Source: Pirellulales bacterium
GTDB taxonomy: Bacteria > Planctomycetota > Planctomycetia > Pirellulales > Lacipirellulaceae
Direction of reading: 5' to 3'
Assembly: GCA_963704265.1 (NCBI GenBank)
Contig: CAVPHI010000003.1
Location: 189,183-253,182 of the forward strand
Length of the DNA: 64,000 bases
This document shows, one piece after another, positions 50,456 through 60,174 of this stretch (within the stretch, counting starts at the first letter, position 1; each line of letters opens with the position of its first letter). A program made the translations under genes and the position numbers. The notes below the pieces were generated by a model. The model was not told where the DNA came from and did not search any database. It saw only the letters and a list, made by a program, of their open reading frames with translations.

Positions 50456-51298
50456 ATGCTGCTTTCTCCTGAAAACACTCAATTAATTGGCCAGGATTTG
50501 GACCATCCTGAATGTCTTTGCTTGGCGCCAGATGGGTCGCTATTTGCTGGAGGAGAAGCTGGGCAGATTTATCACATCGACGTGGAAGGCAAACAACGCC
50601 TGGTCGGTTCTACCGGCGGTTTCATCTTGGGGATTGCCCTTGATGGTCAGGGACGAATTCATGCATGCGATGCCCGCAACAAGGGAGTGTTTCTCATCGA
50701 ACCCGATGGCAAAATCGTGCTGCGGTCTACCGGGACAAGGGAACATTCCATGACGTTACCGAATTACCCAGCCTTCGATGTCCACGGCAATCTGTTCGTG
50801 TCAGACTCGGGTGACTACTGGGACAGAACCGAGGGGACCGGGCGCATTATGAAAATCGCTCCCGACAATACGACGATGATTTTCCACTCAGGCCCCTTCC
50901 TATTCGCGAATGGACTCGCCATCGACCCAACACAGCAATGGCTTTACGTGGTCCAAACCACGGCCGCAAATGTTGCGCGAATTCCGCTCGATGAGCCAAA
51001 CGGACCAATCGAAATCGCTTACCGCCTGCCTTCTGGAACCGTTCCCGACGGGATTGCGTTTGCGTCCAATGGTTCGCTTGTTATTTCCTGCTACAAACCG
51101 GATACCGTCTTCTTGGGTTATCCAGATGGTCGTACTGAAGTGCTCTGCGACGATCGTTCCGGAGAGCTATTGAATCGGCCGACCAACTCGGCCATTGGTA
51201 ACGGCAAGCTCTACCTTGCCAATGTTGGCGGGTGGCATCTCACAGCCATCACAAGCGAGCTAGAAGCAGCGGTGATCCATCGACCGCATCTGGCATAG
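50456..51298 (+). CDS. SMP-30 / gluconolactonase / LRE-like beta-propeller (sugar lactonase)
   Basis: 'GQDLDHPECLCLAPDGSLFAGGEAGQIYHID', 'NYPAFDVHGNLFVSDSG', 'FANGLAIDPTQQWLYVVQT', 'VPDGIAFASNGSLVIS'. Confidence 0.7.
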   Translation: MLLSPENTQLIGQDLDHPECLCLAPDGSLFAGGEAGQIYHIDVEGKQRLVGSTGGFILGIALDGQGRIHACDARNKGVFLIEPDGKIVLRSTGTREHSMTLPNYPAFDVHGNLFVSDSGDYWDRTEGTGRIMKIAPDNTTMIFHSGPFLFANGLAIDPTQQWLYVVQTTAANVARIPLDEPNGPIEIAYRLPSGTVPDGIAFASNGSLVISCYKPDTVFLGYPDGRTEVLCDDRSGELLNRPTNSAIGNGKLYLANVGGWHLTAITSELEAAVIHRPHLA

Positions 51299-51337
51299 CT
51301 GTTCAAGAAATTGTGCTATCCAAAAAATGAGTTTTTC

Positions 51338-53281
51338 ATGCACCTAATCGACTGGGGTATACTGACGGGCTTGATTGTGTTCCTTGTCCTGGTGGCGCTG
51401 CGATGCTTGAAGTACACGAACAGCGTCGCAGACTATCTCGCCGCCAACCGATGTGCGGAAAGGTACGTCCTGGGAATGTCCGAGGGGGCTGCCGGGGTGG
51501 CAGCAATCTCGTTCATAGCAGCTTTTGAGATGTACTACAAGGCGGGATTCGCCGTTGCCTGGTGGGGGCTCATCTTGGTTGTGGTTCAGATCGTGGCGGC
51601 TCTGTCGGGCTGGGTAACTTATCGTTTTCGACAAACACGCGCATTCACGCTCGCGCAGTTCTTGGAGACGCGTTACAGCAGGCGATTTCGAATCTTTGCA
51701 GGCGTGCTGTCCTTTGTCGCTGGGATCATGAACTTCGGTATCTTCCCAGCGGTAAGCACGCGCTTCTTTATCTACTTTTGCGGCTTTCCAGAATACTGGA
51801 CTCTCTTTGGAGTGCATGTCTCGACATTCGCCGTTGTCATGGCCTTCTTGATTATGATCGCTCTGTTTTTCACGTATGTTGGCATGATCGCGATCATGGT
51901 GACCGATTTCCTCCAAGGCATTTTTCTCAACTGTGTTCTTATTCTTTTGTTTGCCTACGTCTTGTGGAAATTTGAGTGGACTGAAATGACGCAAGCGCTA
52001 TCCTTGGCTCCTCCGAACGCCTCGATGCTTCATCCATTCCATACTAGCGAGGCCGTCGATTTCAATATCTGGTTCTACCTGATCGCTGCCTTCGGCATGT
52101 TCTTTACGCTCTACTCGTGGCAAGGCAATCAAGGATATCAAACTGCCGCGGTAAGTGCCCACGAAAACAGAATGAGCAAAATTATCCAGACGACGAAAGT
52201 TCAGATTCAGAATTTTCAGGTGATCATCATACCAATCGCGGCTTTCACCTTCATGAATCATGCGAGTTTCTCCGGGGAAGCACAACATGCCGCGGGCATC
52301 TTGTCGGGCATCGAAAATGAAATGGTGCGCGGGCAAATGACTGTTCCGGTCGTATTGCGGTGTATCTTGCCAACGGGCTTGATGGGCTGCGTGTGTGCCA
52401 TGATGTTCTGTGCCTTGCTAAGCAACCATGACACATATCTTCTTTCGTGGGGAAGCGTTTTCGTGCAAGACGTCGTATTGCCGTTTCGCAAAACGCCGCT
52501 TACAACTCGTCAACACCTGAAATACTTACGATCCGCCATTCTCGGCGTCGCCGTCTTCATCTATTTCTTCAGCCTATGGTTCAGGCAGACTCAGCATATC
52601 TACATGTTTTTCGCAGTTACCGGTGCAATTTGGCTTGGCGGGGCCGGTTCCGTGGTCATTGGCGGCTTGTATTGGAGACGCGGCACAACTGCGGCGGCAT
52701 ATTCTTCACTCATTACTGGTTCTGTGCTCGCTGTCAGTGGCATCGTCCTGGAAAAGGCATGGCCAGCCTTTAATGGAGGCGACCTGTTTCCTATCAATGG
52801 CCAATGGACGTGGTTCATTGCCATGGTGTCTTCCATCACTGTCTATGTTGTGGTGTCGCTCTGTGGAAAGCCGACGTATTTCGATCTTGATCGCCTCTTG
52901 CACAGAAACACATTCGCCGACGGATCAGAAATAGGCCAGTCTACCGGCCCCAAGGTGAAGGGAATCAAAGCGCTGCTCGGACTTAATGATGAATTCTCTC
53001 GCAGAGACGTGTTTACGTACATTCTCAGTCTGGCCTGCACGACGGCTCTGGCCATCGTGTTTGTTGTTGGCACGATTGTAAACGAGTGTTGGAACGTCTC
53101 GTCGGATGCATGGGCGACGTTCTGGTTTGTATTCGTGTGGGTCACATTCGCTATTGGTACGAGTTTGTCCTTATGGATTGGCGTGGGAGGGTTACGTGAG
53201 TTGCCACGTTTATTTAAGAGGTTGGCCATGACAAAGAGCGACGATAAAGATGATGGAAGAGCAGAACATATCGCTTCTTAG
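51338..53281 (+). CDS. Sodium:solute symporter (SSF) family transporter
   Basis: 'MHLIDWGILTGLIVFLVLVAL...YLAANR' opens a ~13-14-helix hydrophobic protein with a charged C-terminal tail. Confidence 0.7.
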   Translation: MHLIDWGILTGLIVFLVLVALRCLKYTNSVADYLAANRCAERYVLGMSEGAAGVAAISFIAAFEMYYKAGFAVAWWGLILVVVQIVAALSGWVTYRFRQTRAFTLAQFLETRYSRRFRIFAGVLSFVAGIMNFGIFPAVSTRFFIYFCGFPEYWTLFGVHVSTFAVVMAFLIMIALFFTYVGMIAIMVTDFLQGIFLNCVLILLFAYVLWKFEWTEMTQALSLAPPNASMLHPFHTSEAVDFNIWFYLIAAFGMFFTLYSWQGNQGYQTAAVSAHENRMSKIIQTTKVQIQNFQVIIIPIAAFTFMNHASFSGEAQHAAGILSGIENEMVRGQMTVPVVLRCILPTGLMGCVCAMMFCALLSNHDTYLLSWGSVFVQDVVLPFRKTPLTTRQHLKYLRSAILGVAVFIYFFSLWFRQTQHIYMFFAVTGAIWLGGAGSVVIGGLYWRRGTTAAAYSSLITGSVLAVSGIVLEKAWPAFNGGDLFPINGQWTWFIAMVSSITVYVVVSLCGKPTYFDLDRLLHRNTFADGSEIGQSTGPKVKGIKALLGLNDEFSRRDVFTYILSLACTTALAIVFVVGTIVNECWNVSSDAWATFWFVFVWVTFAIGTSLSLWIGVGGLRELPRLFKRLAMTKSDDKDDGRAEHIAS

Positions 53282-53438
53282 CGATGTCACCGCTCGTATC
53301 CGCCGTGGCATGCCGACGCACGGTTTACGAAGACAGTCACGCTATTCTTGCTTGCTGCATTGGCATTGTCGGCACCATAAATGCGACCTCTTTGGTCCCT
53401 TTCGTTTAGGGCACATTTCGCACATGGGGGATTCGTAA

Positions 53439-54854
53439 ATGTTGAACTCGTATGTCCTGGTTGGTGTTGGTGGCAGGGCGATGATGTATACGGAAGCCCT
53501 TGCCGAAAAATACCATGACACTTCGCTTGTGTCGGCAATTTGTGACTGCAATTCCGGGCGTCTGGATCTGGCGGCGAAACGACTCAGGCGCGTGTTTCCA
53601 CGGCTCAAGTGCTATTCAGAGCTAGACTTTGATCGGATGCTTGGCGATCACCGTCCGGCCACGGTAATTGTTACAACGAGTGACTGCGATCACGACGAAT
53701 ACATCTGCCGCGCTCTCGATGCCGGTTGCGACGTCATCACTGAAAAGCCAATGACGATCGACGAGAAACGTTGCCAACGGATTCTTGACGCTGTTAAGAG
53801 AACGGGACGTCGAGTACGCGTTACGTTTAACTGCCGTTACTCTCCAGCGCGATCACAGATCAAACAATTGCTTCTTGATGGTGTGATTGGGACGATCCTA
53901 TCGGTCAACTTGTCCTGGTGCATTGACACTAACCACGGTGCAGATTATTTCCGCCGTTGGCACAGCCACAAATGCAACTCGGGTGGCTTGTTAGTGCACA
54001 AAGCGACACACCATTTCGACTTGGTCAATTGGTGGGTGGGATCTGTCCCGAAAACAGTTTTCGCAAGAGGCTCACGCGCGTTTTACACCGCCGATCAAGC
54101 ACGGCGTTATGGCTTGGAGAAACACGCAAACCGCTGCGTTGAGTGCGAGCTGAGCGATCGGTGTAATTTCTATCTCGACATGCGCGCGTTTCCCGTGTTA
54201 AAGGAGCTGTACTTCGATACTGAGAAGCACGATGGGTACATTCGTGATCGTTGCGTGTTCCGAGATGACATCGACATTGAAGATACAGTGGGGCTTGTTG
54301 CACAGTACCGCAATGGAGTTGTCTTGACGTATAGTCTTAGTGCGTTCATGCCATGGGAAGGTTACCGCCTTGATATAAATGGAACAAAAGGGAGGCTTGA
54401 ACAATTGTGCCGCGAAACGTCTTATATCAACGGCGACAGCACCGTGCAGAAAACGGGTGTCGCCGAAGGTACCGTGCTAAAGGTGTTCCCCCACTTCAAA
54501 ACACCCTACGAGATTCCCGCCTGGCAAAGTGAAGGTGCGCATGGAGGGGGCGACATCAGAATGTTGGACGACCTCTTCCTGCCCCCCCAACCCGATCCAC
54601 TCGAAAGATCAGCGGACTACGTGCATGGTGCATTCTCTGCACTAACAGGAATTGCTGCCAACAAGTCCATAGAAACTGGGAGGATGATCTGTATTGACGA
54701 TCTTGTAACCGGCTTGCCTGACCCCACTTTCGCTGCCGCGGGCACATTCGATGAACACATACCGTATGTGAGTGACGCCAGACTCATGGAAGGTGAGAAA
54801 GAGACGAAAGCCAATGTGCCGCGAAAAGTATTATCGTCCGACCCTACGCGCTAG
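53439..54854 (+). CDS. Gfo/Idh/MocA-family oxidoreductase
   Basis: N-terminal Rossmann region 'YVLVGVGGRAMMY...VIVTTSDCDHDEYICRALDAGCDVITEKPM', and 'HKATHHFDLVNWW' in the C-terminal alpha/beta domain. Confidence 0.7.
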   Translation: MLNSYVLVGVGGRAMMYTEALAEKYHDTSLVSAICDCNSGRLDLAAKRLRRVFPRLKCYSELDFDRMLGDHRPATVIVTTSDCDHDEYICRALDAGCDVITEKPMTIDEKRCQRILDAVKRTGRRVRVTFNCRYSPARSQIKQLLLDGVIGTILSVNLSWCIDTNHGADYFRRWHSHKCNSGGLLVHKATHHFDLVNWWVGSVPKTVFARGSRAFYTADQARRYGLEKHANRCVECELSDRCNFYLDMRAFPVLKELYFDTEKHDGYIRDRCVFRDDIDIEDTVGLVAQYRNGVVLTYSLSAFMPWEGYRLDINGTKGRLEQLCRETSYINGDSTVQKTGVAEGTVLKVFPHFKTPYEIPAWQSEGAHGGGDIRMLDDLFLPPQPDPLERSADYVHGAFSALTGIAANKSIETGRMICIDDLVTGLPDPTFAAAGTFDEHIPYVSDARLMEGEKETKANVPRKVLSSDPTR

Positions 54855-55256
54855 CCAGTTGGGCAGGACATGTTCGTTTGCGATAGCCCACCACGGAGCC
54901 GCTCGCTCTGCCAGAAAATACTCTGCCAGGTTCTTTTGCTTTCTGCCCCAACGCGATCGTGGCCAGCATGTGAACTGCCAAGATCAAATAACCGCTGATC
55001 CCAAAGTTGTCGATCAACAATGTCTTCCCTTAGCGACTGGTTCTTTTACGGATTGCGAGGTTCTTACGGCGGTGATGTCAGCGTGGCCGCGACGGATCGC
55101 CCGCGAACACGCTTAAGGTTCTGACCACGTTGGACGATCGAATCCGGCGCTGGTTCGTTTTGCTGCTATAAACCATTTGCGTGTGGGTGCTGCCGGAATG
55201 TTGGTGTTCGCTCATCGCACTTTTCGCTCAACTCAGTGGATCTGCAGCAGTATTCC

Positions 55257-56060
55257 TTACCAGGCGGTCCAGCCGCCATCCACAACAAGGTTGTGTCCCG
55301 TTATGTAACTCCCCGCGTCACTGGCCAAAAGGAGCAGGGCGCCTTTGAGTTCGTGCGGCTTGCCCATGCGGCCCAGCGGTGATTTTGTGTTGAGCCGCTC
55401 GATCAATTGCGGGTCGACGCCGTGCGCTGGAAACGGCCCTGGGCTCAAACTATTCACCCGCACATTGTCCTTCGCCCAGTAAACGGCCAAGTGTCGGGTG
55501 AGCTGCAGGACGCCGCCCTTGTGCGCATGATACGCGGCCGGACTCGGCGCGGCGAGGCCTTCGTAGACATCTGGATAGGAGCCGACGGCCCCGTACATCG
55601 AGCCGATCATCACGATGCTGGCCGGTTCGCCGCGGCGCACGGCATCGTTCCGAACGTGGCGGGCAAGCAGAAAACAACCGGTCGCGTTGGCAAGTTGCCG
55701 GTTAAACTCATCGGCCGTGACGTCGTTCCAAGCGGCGTTCGTCTTTTCATGCGCGTTGTTGACGAGCACGTCGATGCGGCCGGCGGCCGCGATCGTCGCT
55801 TCCATGCAGCCATCGATCGACTTCGCATCCAATTGGTCGAGCTCCAGGCCGAGATGCGTTACGTTATGGGTGTCCGGCAGAGACGCGGCGACTGACGCCG
55901 CCCGTTGCGCAATGCGACTCGTCGTCACCACACGCGCGCCTGCCTCGGCAAGCGCGCTCGCCAGCGCCGAACCCAAGTATCCGCCCGCACCCGTGACGAG
56001 CGCTACCCGTCCGCGCAAATCAAACGACTGCAAGACATTTGGCGGCTCGTGCTGAGACAT
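55257..56060 (-). CDS. Short-chain dehydrogenase/reductase (last gene of the 8-gene operon)
   Basis: 'VALVTGAGGYLGSALA', 'NNAH', 'YHAHKGG', 'VVDGGWTAW'. A GGAGG lies 8 nt upstream of the ATG at 56060. Confidence 0.85.
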   Translation of the reverse strand: MSQHEPPNVLQSFDLRGRVALVTGAGGYLGSALASALAEAGARVVTTSRIAQRAASVAASLPDTHNVTHLGLELDQLDAKSIDGCMEATIAAAGRIDVLVNNAHEKTNAAWNDVTADEFNRQLANATGCFLLARHVRNDAVRRGEPASIVMIGSMYGAVGSYPDVYEGLAAPSPAAYHAHKGGVLQLTRHLAVYWAKDNVRVNSLSPGPFPAHGVDPQLIERLNTKSPLGRMGKPHELKGALLLLASDAGSYITGHNLVVDGGWTAW

Positions 56061-56086
56061 AAACTCCCCTCCTGCCCATTCGCGGA

Positions 56087-57106
56087 TCACGTACCAGGTA
56101 CATCTTGCCAGGATTTGCACGCCACAGACTCGATCGCCGCCAGGTTGACTCGCAGCGTTTGGATACCGCTGCTCAAATCGCACAGCGGCACATCCCGGCG
56201 TTCGAGTGCATCGAGAAAATTATTCGCCTGTGTCACAAACAGCGTGTCGCGGTCGAGTCCCACTGCCGGCTCATCCTCCCAAGGCCCATCCGGCTGCAAC
56301 ATGCGGCGCCAACGATGGTTGTGGTATTCGAACCGCGCCGTGCCTCGTTCGCACGCGACGGTAATCGTGACTTCGTTTGGCGATTGAAACTGGTTGAGGG
56401 CGTACGTCGCCAGAACGTCGCCATGCCGGGCGAGGACGTGGGCCACGTCTTCGACGGAAACGCCGTCGATAAGCTGGTGATCGGCATCCGCGACCAGCCG
56501 GTCGATCGGTCCCACCAGCCACTCGCCCGCGTTGAGAATATGCGTGAGTGCGTCTTGAATGGCCCCGCCGCCCCTTTCCCGACTTGCGTAATAGCTCTCG
56601 CGATACGCCGGCCGATACGTCGGGAAATGTTGGCCGCAAACCGCGGCGAGTTGCAGCGGTTTCCCAAGTGAGCTGGAGGCAATCGCCCGCCGCATCGAGC
56701 CTAATGCCGGGTGCGCACGATACACGTAGGCGACCGCCACCATTTGGCCCGCGCGGGCAGCGGCCCGCGACAACTCGTCGACGCCATCCAACGAAACCGA
56801 CAGCGGCTTTTCGATCAGCACACTGCGACCGGCTTCCAGGATTCGTTGAGCCACGGCAATGTGGGCATCGGCCGGCACCGCCACGACCGCCGCGTCGAGC
56901 GGCTCGGCCAGCGCCGCGTCGAGGTCGGAGTACGCTTGCTTGATTTCGTATCGACGGCTGACTTCTTCCCGAAGCTTTCCATGGATCTCACAGACGGAAA
57001 CTGTTGCCCGTCCCGTCTTCAGAAAGCAGCGGACATGCCGTTCGCCGATCGAGCCGACGCCGACCACCAACACCCGGCACGATTTGTCTTGCATGGGGCC
57101 CGCCAT
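56087..57106 (-). CDS. Gfo/Idh/MocA-family oxidoreductase
   Basis: 'RVLVVGVGSIGERHVRCF', 'AVVVAVPADAHIAVAQRILEAGRSVLIEKPL'. The ATG shares one nt with the upstream stop (TGATG at 57104-57108). Confidence 0.8.
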   Translation of the reverse strand: MAGPMQDKSCRVLVVGVGSIGERHVRCFLKTGRATVSVCEIHGKLREEVSRRYEIKQAYSDLDAALAEPLDAAVVAVPADAHIAVAQRILEAGRSVLIEKPLSVSLDGVDELSRAAARAGQMVAVAYVYRAHPALGSMRRAIASSSLGKPLQLAAVCGQHFPTYRPAYRESYYASRERGGGAIQDALTHILNAGEWLVGPIDRLVADADHQLIDGVSVEDVAHVLARHGDVLATYALNQFQSPNEVTITVACERGTARFEYHNHRWRRMLQPDGPWEDEPAVGLDRDTLFVTQANNFLDALERRDVPLCDLSSGIQTLRVNLAAIESVACKSWQDVPGT

Positions 57107-57915
57107 CAAAGTTTCACTCGGCTTTCTGCCGGGCCGTCGAACGTGAATCCGAGCGATTGGCACTCGTTCCGAATTTGCTCCAAACCGTGCTTCACCATGA
57201 GAATGTCCGCCCCGTGGCAGATGAACCGGGCCCCCAACTCGAGCGCCTCTTGAATATGGCGTGGCGTGGCGCAGGTGGTGCCCCAGTGAATGCCGGCCTT
57301 GCGCGCGGCCGCCGCGATCCGCTGCTTGGCCATTCGTACCTGCTCGCCATCGAACTGCCCCGGGATGCCGCTTAGAACCGTGAAGTCCGCTGGCCCGAAC
57401 ATCAACACGTCGATACCGGGCACCTTTGCGATCGCTTCCACTTGTTCGAGGGCGCAGGCTTGCTCAATCTGCACGACGATGAACGTTTCGCGATTGGCCG
57501 CGGCGATGTATTCGTCCATCGGCATCGAGCAGTAGGGTTGATCGGGATTCGCACCGTCGAACCCGCGCTCGCCCAGCGGCGCGAATTTCGACCACCGCAC
57601 AACTTCCGCCGCCTCCTTCGCATCATCGCACCGAGGGTACATGATGCCCTTCGCCCCGGCCTCGAGCAACCGCGACAACCGCATGAATTCGCCCTTCGCG
57701 GGCCGGGCAATCACGTCCGACACGCCGACCCGCGCCGCGCGAATGTAACTGTTGGCGACCTCCACGCTGTGCGCGTGGTGCTCCAGGTCGAGCCAAATCC
57801 CGTCGAAGCCCATCAGGCTGGCGAGTTCGAATACCGATGGATCGCGGAAGCTCACCGACGTGACCAGCACCGGCTTATCTTGTGCGAGCTTCGCTTTAAC
57901 GCGGCTGGAAAGCAT
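57106..57915 (-). CDS. HpcH/HpaI-family aldolase (2-keto-3-deoxy acid aldolase type)
   Basis: 'ELASLMGFDGIWLDLEHH', 'ARPAKGEFMRLSRLLEAGAKGIMYPRC', 'VVQIEQACALEQVEAIAKVPGIDVLMFGPADF'. Confidence 0.8.
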   Translation of the reverse strand: MLSSRVKAKLAQDKPVLVTSVSFRDPSVFELASLMGFDGIWLDLEHHAHSVEVANSYIRAARVGVSDVIARPAKGEFMRLSRLLEAGAKGIMYPRCDDAKEAAEVVRWSKFAPLGERGFDGANPDQPYCSMPMDEYIAAANRETFIVVQIEQACALEQVEAIAKVPGIDVLMFGPADFTVLSGIPGQFDGEQVRMAKQRIAAAARKAGIHWGTTCATPRHIQEALELGARFICHGADILMVKHGLEQIRNECQSLGFTFDGPAESRVKL

Positions 57916-57981
57916 GGTAGATCGTTCCCGGGTACCAAAGTGTCTCGGTCGTACATGACATTCAATCGTCTGGAATCGCAA

Positions 57982-59088
57982 TCAACTCTTTCGTGGCAGA
58001 TGCTCTCGAAAGAATCGTAACCAGTTACCGTGAAAGATATCGTCGATCGCCGACGAAGCATACCCGCGTTCGTCGAGCGCTTCGGCCAGCTTCTGAACGT
58101 CGGCAATTGTTTCCAGTTCGGCCGGGCTTTGTTCCGTGCCGTAACCGCCGTCCAAGTCGGTGCCGATCGCCACATGCCGGTGCGTGCCGGCAAGCTGACA
58201 GATATGGTCCATATGATCGGCCAGTTTGGCAAGTGTGGCGTCGGTACGCGGCGTTTGGCCGGTCGTCCAATCGGGAACGATCATCCAATTGTCAAATGCT
58301 GCGCCAATTACCGCGTCTCGATCGATCAGCAACCGCAGTTGCTCGTCTGAAAACTGCCGGCACCCATGCACGAGCGATCGACAATTCTGATGCGACGCAA
58401 TCACCGGGCCGTCGAACAAATCGAGCGATTGGAAAAAACCCTCGTCCGACAAATGCGTAGTGTCCAGAATGATCCCCAGGCGTTCGAACTCCCGCAACAG
58501 GGCGGCGCCTGCATCCGTCAGCGGTCCCGCTTCGCCGGTACCGTGTGCATATTGATTGTGTCCATAATGCACCGGCCCCACCACGCGCAATCCCATCTCG
58601 AACCAAAACGCTGCCTGCGAGGGGGCGATGATCGCATCCGCCCCTTCCATCGACAGGATATAGCCGATCGGCGTCACGCGATCGCTGGTCGATTTCCCGC
58701 GCGATTCACACCGCTCCCAATGTGTATTCAAGTCGTCGGCCGATCGCAGCATGACCAGTTCGCCATCCTGTTCCAGCAGCCGATAGTAGGCCAGTTGCCC
58801 CTGCGCAATCGCGCAAGCCGCGGCCGGCGAACGATACTCGAGGCTGGTCCGTTTGTGCCCGTCGCTGGGTCGAAGGTCTGGCCGCGCATGGGCGATGAGT
58901 GTCGCCAGGCACACCGCCATCTTGGCACGCCGCATCTCCGGCAGCGCGACCGTCGCATTGCCGCGCCCGAGGTGGTCGATCATGCCCCGCTCGCGCGCGC
59001 GGATTGTTTCAACCGGCTCGGTCAGGTCCCGGTCGTACGAGAGCGCATTCCACGCCAAATCCAAATGGGCGTCGATCAGCAGCCGCAT
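57982..59088 (-). CDS. Membrane dipeptidase (peptidase M19 family)
   Basis: 'MRLLIDAHLDLAWNA', 'ILDTTHLSDEGFFQSL', 'VIASHQNCRSL', 'VAIGTDLDGG', 'IFHGNWLRFF'. Confidence 0.8.
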   Translation of the reverse strand: MRLLIDAHLDLAWNALSYDRDLTEPVETIRARERGMIDHLGRGNATVALPEMRRAKMAVCLATLIAHARPDLRPSDGHKRTSLEYRSPAAACAIAQGQLAYYRLLEQDGELVMLRSADDLNTHWERCESRGKSTSDRVTPIGYILSMEGADAIIAPSQAAFWFEMGLRVVGPVHYGHNQYAHGTGEAGPLTDAGAALLREFERLGIILDTTHLSDEGFFQSLDLFDGPVIASHQNCRSLVHGCRQFSDEQLRLLIDRDAVIGAAFDNWMIVPDWTTGQTPRTDATLAKLADHMDHICQLAGTHRHVAIGTDLDGGYGTEQSPAELETIADVQKLAEALDERGYASSAIDDIFHGNWLRFFREHLPRKS

Positions 59089-59089
59089 G

Positions 59090-60067
59090 TTATTCTTCTT
59101 CCAAGGGAAAATAGCCATTGATCATCGCACGCGCCTTCCACGCATGCGCGTGGAACAACTCGTCGGCCCGCCGTGCCTCCTCCGGCGTGTAATCGTAGAA
59201 TCCGCGGCCGTTCGTCACGCCTTGAGCACCTTCGGCCGCGAGCCGACGAATCGGCTCCGGCAACTCCGTGGCGTTCGACAACGTCGGCAGCACGCGTTGC
59301 ATGCAATTGCCGTATAGCCCTGGTCCGCCGGTCAGATCGATCCAGCCGAACGGTCCTAGTATCGTTGACCAAACGCCGCACGCATTGCGAAACGAGCGAT
59401 CAATCGTTTCCGCGTCGGCAACGCCTGACTCCAACAAATGAAGTGCCTCGCGATAGAGTGCGTAACCCAATCGATTCACAATGAACCCGGGTATGTCCTT
59501 GTTGAGAACGCTAGGCTCCTTGCCGCAGCGCTTCGCCAGGCAAATCGCCGCTTGCATCGTGGCCTGGGACGTCTGCTCGCCCGGAACAAGTTCCAGAAAC
59601 CGCGTGGCATGGGCCGGTTCAAACCAGTGCATGCCCAAGAACCGCTCCGGATGCCGGCGTCCCTTTTGCAGCTCCGTGATCGGTATGGCCGACGTGTTCG
59701 ACGCGATCGGCACCGCGGCAGCCACGACTTCTTCAACCTGGTTGAACACGTCCTGCTTCTCGGCCGTGTCCTCGGCAATGCTTTCCACGACAAAATCACA
59801 GCGAGGCCAATTGTCAAAGCGTTCGGTTTCCTGGTAGCGGTCCTCCCAATCGTGAAGCAAGCCATTATCGAAGCCAGCGTGTTCCACCATTTCCCGCAGC
59901 CCGCGCGCGATGTATTCTCGAGCACGTTCGTGCGATTGCGAGGAGCGACCAAAGCCGATCACGCGGAACCCGTGCCCCAACAAGCACGCGGCAATCCCGC
60001 GGCCCAATAACCCCAAACCGATCACGGCCACCGTCGTTTTCACCGTTGACGAATCCTTATGGCTCAT
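59090..60067 (-). CDS. 3-hydroxyacyl-CoA dehydrogenase-family NAD-dependent oxidoreductase
   Basis: 'VAVIGLGLLGRGIAACLLGHGFRV', 'VVESIAEDTAEKQDVF', 'IASNTSAIPI', 'GMHWFEPAHATRFLELV', 'PGFIVNRL'. Confidence 0.75.
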   Translation of the reverse strand: MSHKDSSTVKTTVAVIGLGLLGRGIAACLLGHGFRVIGFGRSSQSHERAREYIARGLREMVEHAGFDNGLLHDWEDRYQETERFDNWPRCDFVVESIAEDTAEKQDVFNQVEEVVAAAVPIASNTSAIPITELQKGRRHPERFLGMHWFEPAHATRFLELVPGEQTSQATMQAAICLAKRCGKEPSVLNKDIPGFIVNRLGYALYREALHLLESGVADAETIDRSFRNACGVWSTILGPFGWIDLTGGPGLYGNCMQRVLPTLSNATELPEPIRRLAAEGAQGVTNGRGFYDYTPEEARRADELFHAHAWKARAMINGYFPLEEE

Positions 60068-60174
60068 CGCTTGCCGCCTTCGTAATGCAGGATCATTTCC
60101 ATCTCCACCGCCGCGCCGAGCGGAAGCTGCGCCATGCCGAGTGCCGCTCGAGTATTTCGTCGCGTGAATCCATT
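60064..60174 (-). pseudogene. 36-codon remnant of a RidA/YjgF-family gene
   Basis: The 107-nt spacer translates in one frame as 'NGFTRRNTRAALGMAQLPLGAAVEMEMILHYEGGKR*', which matches the C-terminal 'ARaaveVaaLPlgalVEIeaIa' signature of RidA proteins. It begins right at the amidohydrolase stop, and its TGA overlaps the next ATG (ATGA). Confidence 0.45.

Noticed and set aside
54844-55020. 58-codon minus-strand ORF (TTG start, hydrophobic 'FGISGYLILAVHMLATIALG') in the convergent spacer, and plus-strand ORF 54772-55116
   Set aside because: There is no recognisable family and no ribosome-binding site. The minus-strand ORF overlaps the end of the Gfo/Idh/MocA gene, and the plus-strand ORF starts inside that gene. 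I treat the 400-nt spacer as non-coding.
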